Shown piece after piece: positions 60,957 through 64,000 of a stretch of 64,000 nucleotides of DNA. The notes below the pieces were generated by a model. It was not told the DNA's origin. It worked only from the letters and a program-made list of their open reading frames with translations, and did no database searches. The stretch lies in the NCBI RefSeq assembly GCF_053078305.1, contig NZ_CP166879.1; one strand, written 5' to 3'. Position 1 is the stretch's first letter; every line of letters starts with the position of its first letter. The position numbers and the translations under genes are program-made.

Positions 60957-61847
60957 CTAGCGCCCGGAAGCGCCACCGCCACCAGATGAACCGCCACCAC
61001 CGCTGAAATTGTCATTGTTGAATGAAGAGGATGACGATGATGAATAGTGGGAGGAAGAATTGCTTCTTGTATGGCGTGATGGCTGGTTGACATCACGCAT
61101 CAAATCCCGAACTTTTTTGCCGAAGGGAGTAACAGCGATGGCGACAGCCAGGAACGGTGTGGCGAAGCAGAGTAATGTTGCGAGTACTCCCCAGCTTCCG
61201 CTGAAGCCTGCTATAGGTAAAACAAAGGCCAGTACAATAGCTGCGAAGCAAATTACTCCCAGCGTTTTGATATATCCTCTGGCAGAAATAAACGTCAGTA
61301 CTATCGCCCAGACTAACAATGCCCACCAACCGCTAAAGGGCAAAGGGTGATCGGTCGGTGTAATCGTTGCTAAATTATTCCCCGTCAGACGACTTTCAAG
61401 ATCGCTGATCCCCTTTTGTAAACCGACAGCAAGGTCGCCTTTTTTAAATGCAGGAATAATATTGTTGCGAATAATTTTCCCGGACTGCGCATCCGTAATA
61501 ATACCTTCCAGTCCGTAACCGATTTCAATACGCACGGTATGATCCTGCCAGGCGACTAACAGTAGAACGCCATTATCGCGGTCTTTATCACCCGGTTTCC
61601 AGCTATCGAATACCCGCGTTGCGTACTGCTCGATGGTTTCATCGCCTGTTGTATCAACCACTAACACGACCAACTGTGCGTGGTTTTTTTGCGTCAGGGC
61701 TTTAATCTGGTTGGTCAGGGTGTTTACTTCGCTGTTTGTTAATGTGCCGGTTAAGTCATTCACATACTTGGGGGATTCAGGTACTGGAATTTGTGTGGCA
61801 AACACAGATGAACAGAAGAAAGCCATAAGGAAGATAAAATTTCGCAT
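60957..61847 (-). CDS. TPM-domain membrane protein (YgcG-like), LemA-proximal paralogue
   Basis: From the ATG at 61847 (MRNFIFLMAFFCSSVFA signal peptide), TPM-like region closely similar to the eno-proximal paralogue, hydrophobic segments and a Ser-rich/Gly-rich tail. Confidence 0.8.
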   Translation of the reverse strand: MRNFIFLMAFFCSSVFATQIPVPESPKYVNDLTGTLTNSEVNTLTNQIKALTQKNHAQLVVLVVDTTGDETIEQYATRVFDSWKPGDKDRDNGVLLLVAWQDHTVRIEIGYGLEGIITDAQSGKIIRNNIIPAFKKGDLAVGLQKGISDLESRLTGNNLATITPTDHPLPFSGWWALLVWAIVLTFISARGYIKTLGVICFAAIVLAFVLPIAGFSGSWGVLATLLCFATPFLAVAIAVTPFGKKVRDLMRDVNQPSRHTRSNSSSHYSSSSSSSFNNDNFSGGGGSSGGGGASGR

Positions 61848-61860
61848 AGAACTTCCCCGC

Positions 61861-62463
61861 TTAATGAGCATTAGCATTCTGGCTAAAATCTATTGTTGGG
61901 GCTTTACTTACTGCGGTGACATCATCCGGCAAATAATTTTTCTTTGGTGTGTAATCCATGACCTTTGCGGTTAATACAGCGGGGAATTTGCGGATAGTGA
62001 CATTATATTGTTCAATGGCTTTAATATATCTTCCTCGCGCAACGGCAATTCTATTTTCACTTCCTTCGAGCTGTACCATTAAGTTTTGATAGAGCTCTTG
62101 AGCCTTTAACTCAGGGTAACGCTCACTAATTATCGTTAACTGACCGAGAGTGCGAGTCACCTGCGCCTGGGCCTGTTGCCAGGCTTGTAATTTTTGTGCA
62201 TCTCCCGGAGCTTGCTGAAGATCGCTGCTGGCGCGATTAGCCTGGCTACGAGCCAATGTTACGGCTTCCAAAACGTCTTTTTCATGGCTGGAATAACCTT
62301 TAATACTGGCGACAAGATTAGGAATAAGATCGGCGCGACGTTGATATTGATTCAATACCTCAGACCAGGAGGCGTTAACCTGCTCATCATAGGTTTGAAT
62401 ATCGTTATATCCACAGCCTGATAAATTGAAAATAAATATAATTACGATGAATATTCTGAGCAT
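61861..62463 (-). CDS. LemA-family lipoprotein
   Basis: 200-aa ORF with lipobox (…IFNLSGC) and LemA-like sequence (…WSEVLNQYQRRADLIPNLV…); first gene of a four-gene minus-strand cluster. Confidence 0.8.
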   Translation of the reverse strand: MLRIFIVIIFIFNLSGCGYNDIQTYDEQVNASWSEVLNQYQRRADLIPNLVASIKGYSSHEKDVLEAVTLARSQANRASSDLQQAPGDAQKLQAWQQAQAQVTRTLGQLTIISERYPELKAQELYQNLMVQLEGSENRIAVARGRYIKAIEQYNVTIRKFPAVLTAKVMDYTPKKNYLPDDVTAVSKAPTIDFSQNANAH

Positions 62464-62635
62464 GTTTAAATCCCTTTTAATTAATTCCTTAAAACATAAT
62501 ACTCTGCTTCATTTTATTCTTTATGATCTAATCCACTTTTTGCCATAAACCTGCCTGTAACAGAATGTTAATAAGACATGATTGTTGTGGCAGGATCTGC
62601 AATAATTAACAATTATCCACTTCACAGAGAATGCT

Positions 62636-63307
62636 ATGCAGTACCCGATTAACGAGATGTTCCAGACCCTGCAAGGTGAGGGTTACTTTACCGGCGTCCC
62701 CGCCATTTTTATTCGTTTACAGGGATGCCCGGTTGGCTGTGCCTGGTGCGACACCAAACACACCTGGGAAAAGCTTGAGGATCGGGAAGTCTCCCTTTTC
62801 AGCATTCTGGCGAAGACCAAAGAGAGTGATAAGTGGGGGGCGGCGAGCAGTGAAGACTTGCTGGCTGTCATTGGTCGCCAGGGATATACCGCGCGGCATG
62901 TGGTGATTACGGGTGGTGAGCCTTGCATTCATGATTTGCTGCCACTGACTGACCTGCTCGAAAAGAACGGTTTTAGCTGCCAGATCGAAACCAGTGGTAC
63001 TCATGAGGTACGCTGCACACCGAATACCTGGGTTACCGTATCGCCAAAGCTGAACATGCGCGGCGGCTATGAAGTGTTGTCACAGGCACTGGAGCGAGCC
63101 AACGAAATCAAGCATCCAGTGGGGCGCGTACGTGATATTGAAGCACTGGATGAACTTTTGGCGACGCTGACCGATGATAAACCGCGAGTCATTGCTCTGC
63201 AGCCGATTAGCCAAAAGGATGATGCCACACGTTTGTGCATTGAAACCTGCATTGCGCGTAATTGGCGTTTGTCGATGCAAACCCATAAATATTTAAATAT
63301 TGCCTGA
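62636..63307 (+). CDS. queE: 7-carboxy-7-deazaguanine synthase (radical SAM)
   Basis: 223-aa ORF starting MQYPINEMFQTLQGEGYFTGVPAIFIRLQGCPVGCAWCDTKH, recognised as QueE/YgcF. Confidence 0.9.
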   Translation: MQYPINEMFQTLQGEGYFTGVPAIFIRLQGCPVGCAWCDTKHTWEKLEDREVSLFSILAKTKESDKWGAASSEDLLAVIGRQGYTARHVVITGGEPCIHDLLPLTDLLEKNGFSCQIETSGTHEVRCTPNTWVTVSPKLNMRGGYEVLSQALERANEIKHPVGRVRDIEALDELLATLTDDKPRVIALQPISQKDDATRLCIETCIARNWRLSMQTHKYLNIA

Positions 63308-63645
63308 TTAAACATTTATAAGCGTTATAAATGGGTGGAACCTGTAAAGACTTCTACTCATTTATATTCTTTGTCGTCTCTGAAAAACCTCCATTTTGCC
63401 CATCCTGAACTAATCATTATCATTCTCTACAAATTCTGTGGCGTTAATTTTTCACTGGAGTGAAAATTATTGCGGTAAAGTTTGGTAGATTTTAGTTTGT
63501 ATAGAGTTATTTTAAATATTTACCTTTTTAATCAATGGGTTAAGTGCTCTTTAACATAATGGATGTGTTGTTTGTGTGATACTGTAAAGTTGGTAGATTG
63601 TGACTGGCTTAAAAAATCATTAATTAATAATAGGTTATGTTTAGA
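63308..63645 (+). promoter_or_regulatory. AT-rich CRISPR leader
   Basis: About 340 bp of AT-rich non-coding sequence immediately upstream of the first repeat; orientation matches the crRNA-sense repeat. Confidence 0.7.
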
Positions 63646-64000
63646 GAGTTCCCCGCGCTAGCGGGGATAAACCGTAATGAGTCAGGGGAATACCGAATAT
63701 TTTATAGAGTTCCCCGCGCTAGCGGGGATAAACCGAAATTTATCGAGATCGGCAGGGGTTACTGACAGAGTTCCCCGCGCTAGCGGGGATAAACCGGCCG
63801 TTAATCCGGACTGCCAGCGAATAACGCTGAGTTCCCCGCGCTAGCGGGGATAAACCGCAACATATTTAAACGATTTAAGCCAGGCATATGAGTTCCCCGC
63901 GCTAGCGGGGATAAACCGGGATTCATCACGCGGTTATCCGGGGGCCGTTAGAGTTCCCCGCGCTAGCGGGGATAAACCGGTGGTTGCGGGGTTATCGGTG
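63646..64000 (+). CRISPR. Type I-E-like CRISPR array; 6 repeats and 5 complete spacers in the window, array continues beyond the window end
   Basis: 29-nt repeat GAGTTCCCCGCGCTAGCGGGGATAAACCG at 63646, 63707, 63768, 63829, 63890 and 63951, with 32-nt spacers: TAATGAGTCAGGGGAATACCGAATATTTTATA / AAATTTATCGAGATCGGCAGGGGTTACTGACA / GCCGTTAATCCGGACTGCCAGCGAATAACGCT / CAACATATTTAAACGATTTAAGCCAGGCATAT / GGATTCATCACGCGGTTATCCGGGGGCCGTTA; a sixth spacer is cut by the window end. Confidence 0.95.

Noticed and set aside
63675-63950. Possible self-targeting CRISPR spacers
   Set aside because: I saw no spacer match elsewhere in the window by eye; this needs a computational search and cannot be claimed.

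Overview
This window reads as an Escherichia coli-type chromosomal segment, in reverse orientation to standard K-12 coordinates, running from the 3' end of lgt and thyA through ppdAB-ygdB-ppdC, recC-ptrA-recB-recD, argA, amiC, three initiator tRNA-fMet genes, mltA, tcdA-csdE-csdA, ygdI/gcvB/gcvA, ygdD-rlmM, the fucose regulon, xni, sdaCB, ppnN, queF, syd, csrB, yqcC-truC-yqcA, gudPXD, barA, rlmD, relA-mazEF-mazG, pyrG-eno and queE, ending inside a type I-E-like CRISPR array. All identifications come from reading the ORF translations and nucleotide sequence; no database search was run. Most of the window is conserved core genome with gene lengths matching what I recall for K-12. The stretch that looks accessory is between eno and queE: a four-gene minus-strand cluster (a LemA-family lipoprotein plus three tandem TPM-domain membrane proteins with Gly/Ser-rich tails) where I recall K-12 having a single gene, ygcG. 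This poorly characterised cluster sits next to a cas-less CRISPR array and is the best candidate for an undescribed system. Other observations include a strong Chi-site strand bias, paired inverted repeats in the fuc control region, a long inverted repeat after yqcA, and an 18-bp direct repeat flanking a BIME upstream of tcdA.
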